Part shown: positions 9,002-18,495 of the stretch, one piece after another
Numbering within the stretch: the first letter of the stretch is position 1
Layout: each line of letters begins with the position of its first letter
From: Thermoproteota archaeon
GTDB taxonomy: Archaea > Korarchaeota > Korarchaeia > Korarchaeales > Korarchaeaceae
Length of the DNA: 64,000 nt
Assembly: GCA_027491485.1 (NCBI GenBank)
Contig: JAOZGR010000002.1
Span: forward strand, 75,661 to 139,660
Reading direction: 5' to 3'
Notes under the pieces: model-generated
Databases searched by the model: none
Told to the model about the DNA's origin: nothing
What the model saw: the letters and a program-made list of their open reading frames with translations, nothing else
Translations under genes and position numbers: made by a program

Positions 9002-9754
9002 TTATACTTGAAGATGAGCGAGATAGTATGTTATACCTGCCCCCTCTATACCTCCCAGAGGATATGTAAGCTTCATAGGGGCCTGTGTCTTTATCTCTAT
9101 ATCTGTTTCCTCAGAAATCTTGGCAGGTTTAGTCATTTTCTCCAGATAAGCCATATTGTATATGCTGCTGGATGGTTCATCTGCCCATATGTCTATTAAG
9201 GCCCTATCCTCCTTTCCAACAGTTATAGTAGCTTTTCCCCTATCACTAGTTGTCTTGAACTCTACCTTCTCCTGATCTATGTATATCTCCACATCGGACC
9301 CTATGATCTTGAGGTCCTTAACTACGCCGGGTAGCACATCACTATCAAGCCTCACTCCCGCCTTGAAATCTACTTTGAGCGTTTTGAGCTCAAAGGGTTC
9401 CCCTGCCATCAGTGGGAGTTCAAACGTTTTTCTATAGCTGTTCATAGCAGTAACATTCATAGTCGACTCGGTAAAGGATAGTTCGACTCTCTCCTTAGCT
9501 TTTACTCTTTTCAGCAGCTTAGAGAGGTCCGTGAAGTTTATCCCATAGAAGCCCGACTCCTCCGCTTCAAACTCTATGAAATACGTCCTAGGTAAGAGAA
9601 TCTGTATCATGGCTGTTTTAGATGGGTCTAGAGCTGCTAAGCTAAGACCCTCTTCTGGGTCCAATTTTATGGATGCTTCGCCCACTAATGCCTCGACGGC
9701 GTCGACTATAGCCTTCAATGTACTGGCCTCCTCAAAAACAACTCTATTCACCAT
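9002..9754 (-). CDS. pcn: DNA sliding clamp PCNA
   Basis: 250 aa; ALDPSKTAM, C-terminal P.KL.Y.....YYLA; adjacent to primase genes. Confidence 0.95.
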   Translation of the reverse strand: MVNRVVFEEASTLKAIVDAVEALVGEASIKLDPEEGLSLAALDPSKTAMIQILLPRTYFIEFEAEESGFYGINFTDLSKLLKRVKAKERVELSFTESTMNVTAMNSYRKTFELPLMAGEPFELKTLKVDFKAGVRLDSDVLPGVVKDLKIIGSDVEIYIDQEKVEFKTTSDRGKATITVGKEDRALIDIWADEPSSSIYNMAYLEKMTKPAKISEETDIEIKTQAPMKLTYPLGGIEGAGITYYLAHLQV

Positions 9755-10065
9755 TCGTCACCACCTTCTAACTTTCTTTCTACCTCCGATCTTACCGATT
9801 CAACTTCCCTCAACAAACTTATATCTATATCTGAGATATCAGCTACTGCATAACCTTGGATCTCCTTAAACTCCTCTGATGAGGTTATAATAGAACCTAC
9901 TACGAGTACGATATCTTTAGGCTTGAACGACTGCGCCTTATCATAGTACACTCTAGCTCTCGATGTCCCATCATCTATTATGAGGTAGTTCTCAATTACA
10001 TCAAGTACTACGCCTATCACCATGATCTCCCCTTCCTTTACCTCGGAAATATGATGCCAGTACAT
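9748..10065 (-). CDS. Small single OB-fold protein (RPA3/Rpa14-like)
   Basis: V.G.V......IIDDGT..ARV......K..DIVLVVG OB-fold signature followed by a C-terminal helix; lies between DP2 and PCNA. Confidence 0.7.
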   Translation of the reverse strand: MYWHHISEVKEGEIMVIGVVLDVIENYLIIDDGTSRARVYYDKAQSFKPKDIVLVVGSIITSSEEFKEIQGYAVADISDIDISLLREVESVRSEVERKLEGGDEW

Positions 10066-10073
10066 AGTGACAC

Positions 10074-13000
10074 CTACAAGAAATCTACTAACCTTCTAGG
10101 TGATTTCTCTCCTTCTATCTCAGCTTTCAGTCCATCTTCCTCACTGGAGTCTTTATTTACCTCTATCATCTCCTCTAGCGTAGTTGGCCTAGATTCTCTC
10201 CCCACACCAACTTCCCTGAATAGGGACTTTGCTTCGTCATATATTATCCTAATCCTCTGCGATAGGTATCCTTCTATACCATATCTCCTGACCATGCGGA
10301 TCGTTGGCTCAAGATATTTGAGAACCGTACCCTTGTGGACAGTCAGCTGGATAGGACCACCGCATTTTAGGCACTTCCCGGATATTGGGGGTCTTCTATA
10401 CTTAGCATTACACTTGGTGCACCTAAACATTTGCTGACCGAATTTCCTGAGATTGCCAACTATATCCCTCAGGAAGTGGGAGGAGATTGCCCTAGAGAGC
10501 GCATCTATCCTATCAACAGCTCTAATTTTCTCTTCTAAGCTAAAGTGAGCTTCTAACTTTTCTGACATCCTGCTTAGCTTTCTGTACGTTGTCTGTAGGG
10601 GACCTCCAGCTATATGGGTAGTGGGGATTGTGAAGTTAATGCTGGGGTATTTTACGCCAGAGGCCAGTTCATGTTCCACCGTTCTTACAATGCTTTTCAA
10701 CTTATGCGGGTCCTCAAAGCGGTATGTCGCTTCATAGAACTCTGGAGGGAACTCTTCAGTTACCTCCATGTTATAGACTTCATCGTCTATATAATCAGGA
10801 TCTATTCTCGTTACTAAGATCAGAGGAGCATCTTCGCGACCACCCGGGGTGGATGGGAGAAATTCCCTAGAGAAGTTTATCAGAGCATCTAGAACAAGCA
10901 TTATGGAATCTTCATCTCCATCTACGTTTCTCCTTTTTGCTGCATGCAAAAAGGGATGCGCGAACAGGACATCAGCTTCGGTGAATCCGATTATCCTAGC
11001 TACATTAGCCACGAATGTATGGGGTGATATCGTCAGTACCAGATGTCCCACTAAGTCCTCCTCACTCTGGAGTTTATAGAAGGGTTCAAGGCCATATACC
11101 CTCTCTAGTAGCTCATCAATATATTTGGAGACCCTGAAGAGATACTCTGCTCCTTTCCTGGGGATTACTATATCTTGGACCTTTAACTCTAAAATCTGAT
11201 CGTCATTTATCAGTTCCTGACCAAATATATCGTGCGTATATCCAAGCTCTACGAGCTTTGACACACTGACCCCTATCTCCTTAGGCTTAAAGTGAGTGAG
11301 AGCTGCATTCACTGCATCAAATCTTGTAGTACCATCCTTGAAGACAAACAACCCATATTTACCCCTCAGAATTCCCTTCTCTACGATCTCTGGAGATTTA
11401 GACCCGCTGGTCAGGCCCTTAACACCTTTCACGTTCTCCAGCTGAGAATGGTCTTCTCTAAGATTAGCGAGCGCCCTATCTACCTCGTCCTTGATGTTTA
11501 GTCTCACGGTAGTATAGGGAACAGGCTCTACATTCGGATGGTTGGGGCACCTGCCATTGATTGGCCTACCACAGTAGGGACAGAACTGCATACTGATTGT
11601 TCTAGCCCCGCATTTAGGGCAGCTATAATTCGTCGTCTGAGCCCCGCATTTAGGGCACCTCCTTAGGGAGACTTCAACTGCAATTTTCCCCAGAGAGTAA
11701 GCTAACGCTAGCGATCTGCTCATACCTTTAAGTTCCCCAACTGGGAAGAGGAGGTTGACTGGTGGTTTCATCTTCCTTGGCTTTGCCTTTTCAGGCCTTC
11801 CAATCCTCATCCCTATTCTTGTAGGTCCCTTGGGCATTATCTTGAAATCTAGATGGGAGTTTAGTACTTCTAACGTACTATATGAAGATATATTTTCTAT
11901 CTCTAACCCAGACGGAATTTTCTCCGAAATATACGAGAGGAGCTTCGCGTGATCGCCCTCTATCCTAAGAAGATCATCACTAACCTTGTGGGGAACGCCT
12001 ATTGCCTCTAATATCTGCTTCACCTCACTATCGAATTTCATGATTAATCCATTATCCTCCCTTATGGAGGAGGAGATTGCTTTAGTTAGGGATAGGAGCT
12101 CCTCCACCGTTATGTCCTCCCAGTAGTAAGTAAACTTAGGATGTAGTGGTATATTGTACTTCTTCGAGATATCAATCGCTTCCTCTAGTGATAAATGCTG
12201 CCATCTGTCAACATCTATAGGAATACCGAGCTCTTCAGACCTCTTTCTTAGGAGAGAGTACCACCATTCCTCAACCCAGGCCGATGGTAAGAGGACATGG
12301 TTGTTTTCTAAGAATTCACCGAAGCCTATTAGGACATCCCCTAAATGCAGTATCTTCTCAACCCTGCCTGCGAGTTTAATGGCATCCTGAACCGAGTTGA
12401 CTTTAACTACAGTGCCGTCAGTCAGCCTCACGATAGGACCTTCTAACCAATCCACTGGCATGACTACCGCACTTTTCCCCGGCCTTTCAATCCTGACCTG
12501 AGTTCCTACTGCCATAAAGCTCTCGAGTATGTACATAGTAGCTGGGCTGACACCGATAGAAGCAAGGCCAGTATTTCTTGACCTACCATATCTTAACCTG
12601 AATCCTCCTGGCCTTGATGGATGGGCTATGATCGGTCTACCCATGACGGCATCTTTCAGATACTTATAAGATGGTTCGATCGCAGGACAACCACCCTCAC
12701 TACCTCCTATCTTTTCCTCAGCATTGATACCCCCACTGATCCATTTCCAGTAGCTATCATCAAAATCAAGGGCTTCTTTAAGTTTCTCGATTATCTTTTT
12801 GAGCTTCTTCGCCTTCTGTATGATACAATCATTTATTACCAGTACAGCACCACCCCTGATCCTGTTAGTCTCTACCCTAGGGAGGTTCCTAAAGGAAGAT
12901 ACCTCTTCTTTCTCGGTTGGTGGGCCAGTTACCTCTATAGGTATGTTCTTCACAGCATTTCTTACCTCTTCTGGCTCTGAATTATATTGTAAGTGTACTA

Positions 13001-13589
13001 TCCTTTTGTAGAGGAAGACCTCCTCCACATATCTCTCTATTTCCTCATGAGTTGGTATATACCTGCCTAATCCCAGTCTCTGCCTTATATAGTCGGCCAT
13101 CAAAACACTTATTGCTCCTTCTGTACCACCGGCAGTTCTTATGGGGCCATTATAGTATACTGATAAGTATGTATCCCTTCCAGAACCCTTTATTTTGACG
13201 TAACTAATTCCCTCAATGGGTGCCGAAACAGTAGCATCTGTTATTATGGCCATACCGACCCTTAGGGCTAGTTCCGCCCTCTCCTCATCACTACCACTGA
13301 AGGGTATCTTAGCTTCCTCTCCGGACCTAGGTATTATCTCTGATATTATTCTGAACGCTATTTCTACTTTATTATCCGTCTTTCCTAACCAATATCTCAC
13401 CCTCTCTCCTAGCAACTCTATAGGGAAGAGAGCGACTATCCTTTCATGTAACTCATTTGCTTTCTTTATTTCTACATCTGTGTAGGGATCTATACCACGA
13501 GATCTTGCTCTCTTGGCAATTGAGGTTAGCTTCTCAATCTCTTCTTCTAATGAGAGAAAGTATTCCTCACTATTTGGGTTGGAGTTCAT
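10074..13589 (-). CDS. polC: DNA polymerase D large subunit DP2
   Basis: GPIRTAGGT, GGFRLRYGRSRNTG, GRPEKA, FKDGT.RFD, KRRNVDGDED, C-terminal RC.KC..KYRRPP.SGKC..CGG. No intein. Confidence 0.98.
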   Translation of the reverse strand: MNSNPNSEEYFLSLEEEIEKLTSIAKRARSRGIDPYTDVEIKKANELHERIVALFPIELLGERVRYWLGKTDNKVEIAFRIISEIIPRSGEEAKIPFSGSDEERAELALRVGMAIITDATVSAPIEGISYVKIKGSGRDTYLSVYYNGPIRTAGGTEGAISVLMADYIRQRLGLGRYIPTHEEIERYVEEVFLYKRIVHLQYNSEPEEVRNAVKNIPIEVTGPPTEKEEVSSFRNLPRVETNRIRGGAVLVINDCIIQKAKKLKKIIEKLKEALDFDDSYWKWISGGINAEEKIGGSEGGCPAIEPSYKYLKDAVMGRPIIAHPSRPGGFRLRYGRSRNTGLASIGVSPATMYILESFMAVGTQVRIERPGKSAVVMPVDWLEGPIVRLTDGTVVKVNSVQDAIKLAGRVEKILHLGDVLIGFGEFLENNHVLLPSAWVEEWWYSLLRKRSEELGIPIDVDRWQHLSLEEAIDISKKYNIPLHPKFTYYWEDITVEELLSLTKAISSSIREDNGLIMKFDSEVKQILEAIGVPHKVSDDLLRIEGDHAKLLSYISEKIPSGLEIENISSYSTLEVLNSHLDFKIMPKGPTRIGMRIGRPEKAKPRKMKPPVNLLFPVGELKGMSRSLALAYSLGKIAVEVSLRRCPKCGAQTTNYSCPKCGARTISMQFCPYCGRPINGRCPNHPNVEPVPYTTVRLNIKDEVDRALANLREDHSQLENVKGVKGLTSGSKSPEIVEKGILRGKYGLFVFKDGTTRFDAVNAALTHFKPKEIGVSVSKLVELGYTHDIFGQELINDDQILELKVQDIVIPRKGAEYLFRVSKYIDELLERVYGLEPFYKLQSEEDLVGHLVLTISPHTFVANVARIIGFTEADVLFAHPFLHAAKRRNVDGDEDSIMLVLDALINFSREFLPSTPGGREDAPLILVTRIDPDYIDDEVYNMEVTEEFPPEFYEATYRFEDPHKLKSIVRTVEHELASGVKYPSINFTIPTTHIAGGPLQTTYRKLSRMSEKLEAHFSLEEKIRAVDRIDALSRAISSHFLRDIVGNLRKFGQQMFRCTKCNAKYRRPPISGKCLKCGGPIQLTVHKGTVLKYLEPTIRMVRRYGIEGYLSQRIRIIYDEAKSLFREVGVGRESRPTTLEEMIEVNKDSSEEDGLKAEIEGEKSPRRLVDFL
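11604..11657. repeat. Exact 18-bp direct repeat inside DP2 encoding two CPKCGA zinc knuckles
   Basis: agccccgcatttagggca at 11604-11621 and 11640-11657. Confidence 0.85.
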
Positions 13590-13762
13590 CCTAGTGACTT
13601 ACTACTTATCGGTGTATAAACGATGCCCTCTCATGTCAGGTCCGTTAGATCCAGTTAGGACCATCTATGACGCTAGTGATTAGAGACGTTAAGGTTGGCT
13701 CAGAGTATTCGCCAATAGTGAATGATTTTAATGGAGTTATGGTCGAGTAGATCGGTGATATA

Positions 13763-14008
13763 TTGGGAAGAAGAAAAAGGAGGACTACACTCCCGGTAAG
13801 GAGGAGGAGAAGGTCTGCTTTCTTTAGATGTCCCGTTTGTCAGCATAACTCAATAATAGTGGATATTCATGAGAAAGAGAAAAAGGCCCTAATAAAGTGC
13901 TTCAATTGTGGCCTCGTTGAGGAGATGACTCTAAAGTCAGGAGATACTAAAGTAGATGTCTACACTAGGTTCTTCGATGCATACATAGAAAGGGCGGAGG
14001 GCGATTAG
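13763..14008 (+). CDS. elf1: Transcription elongation factor Elf1
   Basis: MGRRKRR basic N-terminus, F.CP.C.H...C..CG...VDVY..F.D; TTG start with GGTGA SD. Confidence 0.9.
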   Translation: MGRRKRRTTLPVRRRRRSAFFRCPVCQHNSIIVDIHEKEKKALIKCFNCGLVEEMTLKSGDTKVDVYTRFFDAYIERAEGD

Positions 14009-14610
14009 CCCTCTCCTATTACCTCTGGTACAAATTTGGGCTCCTCAATTATCTCAGTTTGCTCGTAAGCCTTTCTCAATGCCTTTAAGTTCGTCTCCTT
14101 GAGCCTCTTCAGCATTGTACTGACGGATTCCTCAGCACTCTCTAATCTAATGACGTTGGTTGCTTTGACTAAGGCTCCGACCATTGCTGAGTTAGGGACT
14201 GGGAGGCCAGCAACCTCCAAGCCCAAATCTACCGAAATACCAGTAGCATTTACAACTGCGAGCTTCTTTACTCTCTTAGGGAGGAATATCTTATCGGGAT
14301 CCTCGGGGGTATTTGCCACAACGATTGTCTTCGGGGTAACTCCCCTCCAAGCTACCTCCAAGCTTAAGAACATGGGATCTAGCATTACCAATATATCTGG
14401 CTCGTATATCTGGCTCCTAAGCCTTACCGGCTGCCTTGCTATCCTAGTGAAGGCCATTACCGGTGCGCCCCTTCTCTCAGCCCCAAAGAAGGGAAATGCC
14501 TGGGACCACTTTCCCTCTAAGAAAGCAGCCTTAGCGACAATCCTAGAGGCCATAACAGCCCCTTGTCCACCTCTACCATGCCATCTTATCTCTATCAGGT
14601 CATCCCTCAA
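14005..14610 (-). CDS. porG: 2-oxoacid:ferredoxin oxidoreductase gamma subunit
   Basis: EIRWHGRGGQGAV, FPFFGAERRGAPV, PNSAMVGA. Confidence 0.93.
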   Translation of the reverse strand: MRDDLIEIRWHGRGGQGAVMASRIVAKAAFLEGKWSQAFPFFGAERRGAPVMAFTRIARQPVRLRSQIYEPDILVMLDPMFLSLEVAWRGVTPKTIVVANTPEDPDKIFLPKRVKKLAVVNATGISVDLGLEVAGLPVPNSAMVGALVKATNVIRLESAEESVSTMLKRLKETNLKALRKAYEQTEIIEEPKFVPEVIGEG

Positions 14611-14700
14611 CTCAGTTCCCTCAATGTTAGGGGTGTAAACTTTTTAAAACCGTATTGCAACTGAACCTGATGCATACGTTCCCTTTTAGGGGGTGCTTAT

Positions 14701-15093
14701 TTGGTAGAGTCTAGGGATAGTTCTGACGATATTATTGTTGAGGAGAAATCTTCTCCTTCTAAGCGGAGAAAGGCTTCTAAATCTTCTTCTACTGGCAAGA
14801 AGCGGGCCATAACAAAGAAGAAGACTGCAAAGAAGGTTAAAGCTGCCAAAAAGGCCAAGAAAGTAATAAAATACGATCCTACAGAGCATTTTATGGTACC
14901 TAAGCATGAGATAGTTGATGAAAAGGAAAAAGAGATGTTAGTGAAGAGATACGGAACTTTAGATCGCTTCCCCAAGATACTATTGACGGATCCCATAGTT
15001 GAAAAGTTGGGCGCTAAAGAAGGTGATCTCATCCGCATTTATAGAGAGGAAGGTATTTACTACAGGTACGTTGTTGGTCCAAGAGGATTTTGA
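14701..15093 (+). CDS. rpoH: RNA polymerase subunit Rpo5 (H) with Lys/Ala/Ser-rich N-terminal extension
   Basis: H..VPKHEI...P.I...DP....GAK.GD.I.I.R....YYRYV; TTG start preceded by GGGGGTG. Confidence 0.93.
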   Translation: MVESRDSSDDIIVEEKSSPSKRRKASKSSSTGKKRAITKKKTAKKVKAAKKAKKVIKYDPTEHFMVPKHEIVDEKEKEMLVKRYGTLDRFPKILLTDPIVEKLGAKEGDLIRIYREEGIYYRYVVGPRGF

Positions 15094-15112
15094 TTATGGA
15101 GGGTGAATTGAT

Positions 15113-18100
15113 TTGGGTGTTAATGTTAATCTAAATGTGGACTTTTACCCCATTGTTAAGGCGTATTTCAAGGAGAGGAAACTCTCTGATGTTCAGATAG
15201 AATCATTTAACCGGTTCTTAGAAAGAGGAATCCAAGAGGTAGTCGATGCATTCAAGGAGCTTGAACTTGTTGAGAATTATAAGATGGTGCTCAGCAAGGT
15301 ATACATAGGAAGGCCCGAAGTTGAGGAGTACGATGGGTCCGTACTACCTGCCATGCCCAATGAGATAAGGTTAAGGAACGCTAATTACCTAGCTCCTGTC
15401 GAACTTGAGATAAAGATCTACTCGGGCGGCATGGAGTTGAAAAGCGAGAGGGTAAGGATAGGCCATATTCCTATAATGGTTAGATCGAAGGGGTGTTATC
15501 TTTACGGATTGGATGAGAAGGGGCTCATAGAGAAGGGTGAGGATCCAAGAGATCCCGGGGGATATTTCATAATTAATGGCTCTGAAAGAGTTCTCGTCAT
15601 TAGGGACGATATTGCTCCTAATAGAGTGATAGTGGAGCAAACTACAGCTGAAAACAAGCCTTACTCGCACGTGGCTCAAATAGTATCAGCCAAGGCTGGA
15701 TTGAGGACGAGGATCTACTTAGAGTACTACATGAGGGATGGGACCATAAAGGCATCAGCTGGAGCCATAAGAGGAGTTCCCGTAGCCATGTTACTGAAGG
15801 CACTTGGGCTTGAAAGAGACGAGGATATAGTAGATGCAATCTCATCTGATGAAGAGATAAGGAACGAATTCCTGTACAGCCTCGATGATGTCCAGAGGAG
15901 GGCAGAAGAAGAGGGTACAATGGGTATGTTGACCCAAGAGGAGGCCCTGGATTACATAGGCAGGAGGTTAGTACAGGCAGTTCCGAAAGCAGATAGAATT
16001 AGATATGCCAAGGAATACCTCAAGAATAATTTCCTCCCCCACATAGGAAATAGCGAGGAAGATAACATAGTAAAGGCTTATTTTCTAGCCAAGATGATAG
16101 AAAAGCTCCTTAAGGTAGTTAGGGGTAAGATAGATCCTGATGATAAAGATCATTTCTCCAATAAGAGACTTAGATTGGCAGGAACCCTTATGCAGGAGGT
16201 CTTTAGGGATGCCTTCTATCAGCTAGTCAGGAGGCTCAAAGAGAAGGCTGATGAGCAATTAAGCAGCGGCGTCTACGATCTGGATGTAAGGAGGATACTT
16301 ACTAGTCAGAAGATGATAACGCAAAGGATACTCAGAGCTGTAGCTACTGGCGCTTGGCCCGGTGGAGATCTAGGCGTAAGCCAGAACTTGGAGAGGACGA
16401 ATTACATAGCTACATTACACCATCTCAGGAGGGTTAACTCTCCACTCCCAGCAGGCCTCCCACTGCATGAGGCTAGACAGATACATGGAACGTCTATAGG
16501 AAGGCTATGTCCTCTAGAGACACCAGAAGGAACTAATGTGGGGCTTGTGAGGAGTTTAGCTGTATTCAGCGATGTAACATTCGGAGCAGATCCGGAGCCC
16601 ATAATAGAGATGGTATTGGACTGGGGAGCTAAACCCGCTGCTAAGGCCACTCCTAAGGAGGCTGGTTCCCTCACCCCCGTATATGTTGATGGTAAGCTTA
16701 TTGCTTTCACAGATAAACCCGATGAACTAATATCTTTCCTTAAGGAAAGGAGACAGGAACTAGATCCCGAGGTGAACTTCACATATAATAGAGAGGTTAA
16801 CGCGGTCTATATAAATGCCGATGCTGGGAGGATGAGAAGGCCACTTATCCCTGTAGATAAGATAGAAGAAGCGATAAAGCTCCTACCCGAAGTTGAGGCT
16901 GGCAACTTAAGTTTCTCTGACCTAGTTAAAATGGGGGTAGTGGAACTCGTAGATGTGGATGAGGAGGAGTCCGCCGTAATAGCCTACAGCTTAGATCAGA
17001 TAACCGATAAGCATACCCATCTAGACTTCGCTCCATATGCGATGTTCGGTGTAGCGGCTTCTCAGATACCTTATGCCGAGCATAACAACATTCCAAGGGA
17101 CATTATAGGAGCTAATATGGTCAGACAGGGACTGGGCGAGTACGTAGCTAACTGGAGGTTAAGGTTTGACAGCAGGGCCTTCATGATGTTCTATCCACAG
17201 AGACCAATAGTGAGGACCAGGGGTTCTGAAATAACTGGTTATGATTACAGGCCCTCTGGGCAAAACCTAGTTGTTGCCCTAATACCTATGGATGGCTATA
17301 ACATGGATGATGCGTTAGTTATGTCTAGGGGAGCTATAGATAGAGGAGCAGCTAGGGCCGTTTTCTTCAGAACATATGAAACCGAAGCTAGAAGACAAGC
17401 AATAGTGGAGGGAGATAGGTTTGAGAACCCACTACCCCTCAAAAAGGTGTCCGGTAAGAAAGAAGAGATGTATTACCAAAAACTAGGAGAAGATGGAATA
17501 GTCGATCCAGAGACATATGTTGAGGGAGGAGATGTCCTTATAGGAAAAACAAGCCCGCCTAGGTTCTCTCCCGAGCTATCAATAGGAGGTAGCTACCAGT
17601 ACACATTTGAGCGCAGAGACACATCGATCTCAATGAGGGCATGGGAGAAGGGGGTGGTAACTGATGTACTTTTAGCAACTAAGACTGGTGGTGAAAAGCT
17701 CGTCAGGGTAAAGGTCAGGGATACCAGACCTCCAGAGCTCGGAGATAAGTTCGCCACAAGGCATGGCCAGAAGGGGGTGTTGGGGATGATATATAGACAG
17801 GAGGACATGCCCTTCACCTCCGACGGCATAGTCCCCGATATTATACTAGATCCCCATGCAATACCCTCAAGGATGACCATAGGTCAGTTATATGAGATAC
17901 TAGCAGGGAAAGTAGGTGCCTTGGAGGGCAGATTCGTTGATGGAACTCCGTTCATGTCGGAACCTATTGAGGATCTGATGGAAGCTCTGAAGAAGCTGGG
18001 CTTTGATTATGGCGGTGAAGAGATAATGTATGATGGAAGGACGGGTAGGATGGTGAAGGCCCCAATATTCATCGGGATCAGTTATTACCAGAGGCTGAAA

Positions 18101-18478
18101 CATATGGTCAGGGACAAAATTCATGCCAGGGCAAGAGGTCAAATGCAGCTTCTTACAAGGCAGCCAGTAGAGGGCAGAGCCAGAGGAGGAGGTCTAAGGC
18201 TTGGAGAGATGGAGGGCGAGGTCCTCATATCTCATGGCGCGGCCTCGGTGATACGAGATAGGTACGTGGAGCAATCTGACAAGACGATAGTGTATGTATG
18301 TAAGAACTGTGGGACAGTGGCTTTCTTCAACCAAAGGACCAGCGAGTTCTTCTGCCCTAGATGTCAATCATCAGTAGAGGTAAAGCCCTTGATAACAAGT
18401 CACGCGTCTAAGTTGTTCGTAGATGAGCTGACCAGCGGGCATGTGGACGTTAGATTGGATGTAAAGGAGGAGGTGTGA
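15113..18478 (+). CDS. rpoB: RNA polymerase subunit Rpo2 (B, unsplit)
   Basis: DPGGYFIINGSERV, CPLETPEG.NVGLV, GDKFATRHGQKG, HMVRDKIHAR, C-terminal zinc ribbon. Confidence 0.98.
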   Translation: MGVNVNLNVDFYPIVKAYFKERKLSDVQIESFNRFLERGIQEVVDAFKELELVENYKMVLSKVYIGRPEVEEYDGSVLPAMPNEIRLRNANYLAPVELEIKIYSGGMELKSERVRIGHIPIMVRSKGCYLYGLDEKGLIEKGEDPRDPGGYFIINGSERVLVIRDDIAPNRVIVEQTTAENKPYSHVAQIVSAKAGLRTRIYLEYYMRDGTIKASAGAIRGVPVAMLLKALGLERDEDIVDAISSDEEIRNEFLYSLDDVQRRAEEEGTMGMLTQEEALDYIGRRLVQAVPKADRIRYAKEYLKNNFLPHIGNSEEDNIVKAYFLAKMIEKLLKVVRGKIDPDDKDHFSNKRLRLAGTLMQEVFRDAFYQLVRRLKEKADEQLSSGVYDLDVRRILTSQKMITQRILRAVATGAWPGGDLGVSQNLERTNYIATLHHLRRVNSPLPAGLPLHEARQIHGTSIGRLCPLETPEGTNVGLVRSLAVFSDVTFGADPEPIIEMVLDWGAKPAAKATPKEAGSLTPVYVDGKLIAFTDKPDELISFLKERRQELDPEVNFTYNREVNAVYINADAGRMRRPLIPVDKIEEAIKLLPEVEAGNLSFSDLVKMGVVELVDVDEEESAVIAYSLDQITDKHTHLDFAPYAMFGVAASQIPYAEHNNIPRDIIGANMVRQGLGEYVANWRLRFDSRAFMMFYPQRPIVRTRGSEITGYDYRPSGQNLVVALIPMDGYNMDDALVMSRGAIDRGAARAVFFRTYETEARRQAIVEGDRFENPLPLKKVSGKKEEMYYQKLGEDGIVDPETYVEGGDVLIGKTSPPRFSPELSIGGSYQYTFERRDTSISMRAWEKGVVTDVLLATKTGGEKLVRVKVRDTRPPELGDKFATRHGQKGVLGMIYRQEDMPFTSDGIVPDIILDPHAIPSRMTIGQLYEILAGKVGALEGRFVDGTPFMSEPIEDLMEALKKLGFDYGGEEIMYDGRTGRMVKAPIFIGISYYQRLKHMVRDKIHARARGQMQLLTRQPVEGRARGGGLRLGEMEGEVLISHGAASVIRDRYVEQSDKTIVYVCKNCGTVAFFNQRTSEFFCPRCQSSVEVKPLITSHASKLFVDELTSGHVDVRLDVKEEV

Positions 18479-18495
18479 ATCAAGGGGGTGTTATC

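Noticed and set aside
13608-13670. TAAACGATGCC 16S-like word with nearby CTGA/CCGA on the minus strand, suggesting a C/D sRNA
   Set aside because: No convincing C box, the match stops 4 nt before the putative D box, and it overlaps the likely DP2 TATA box (TTTATACA).
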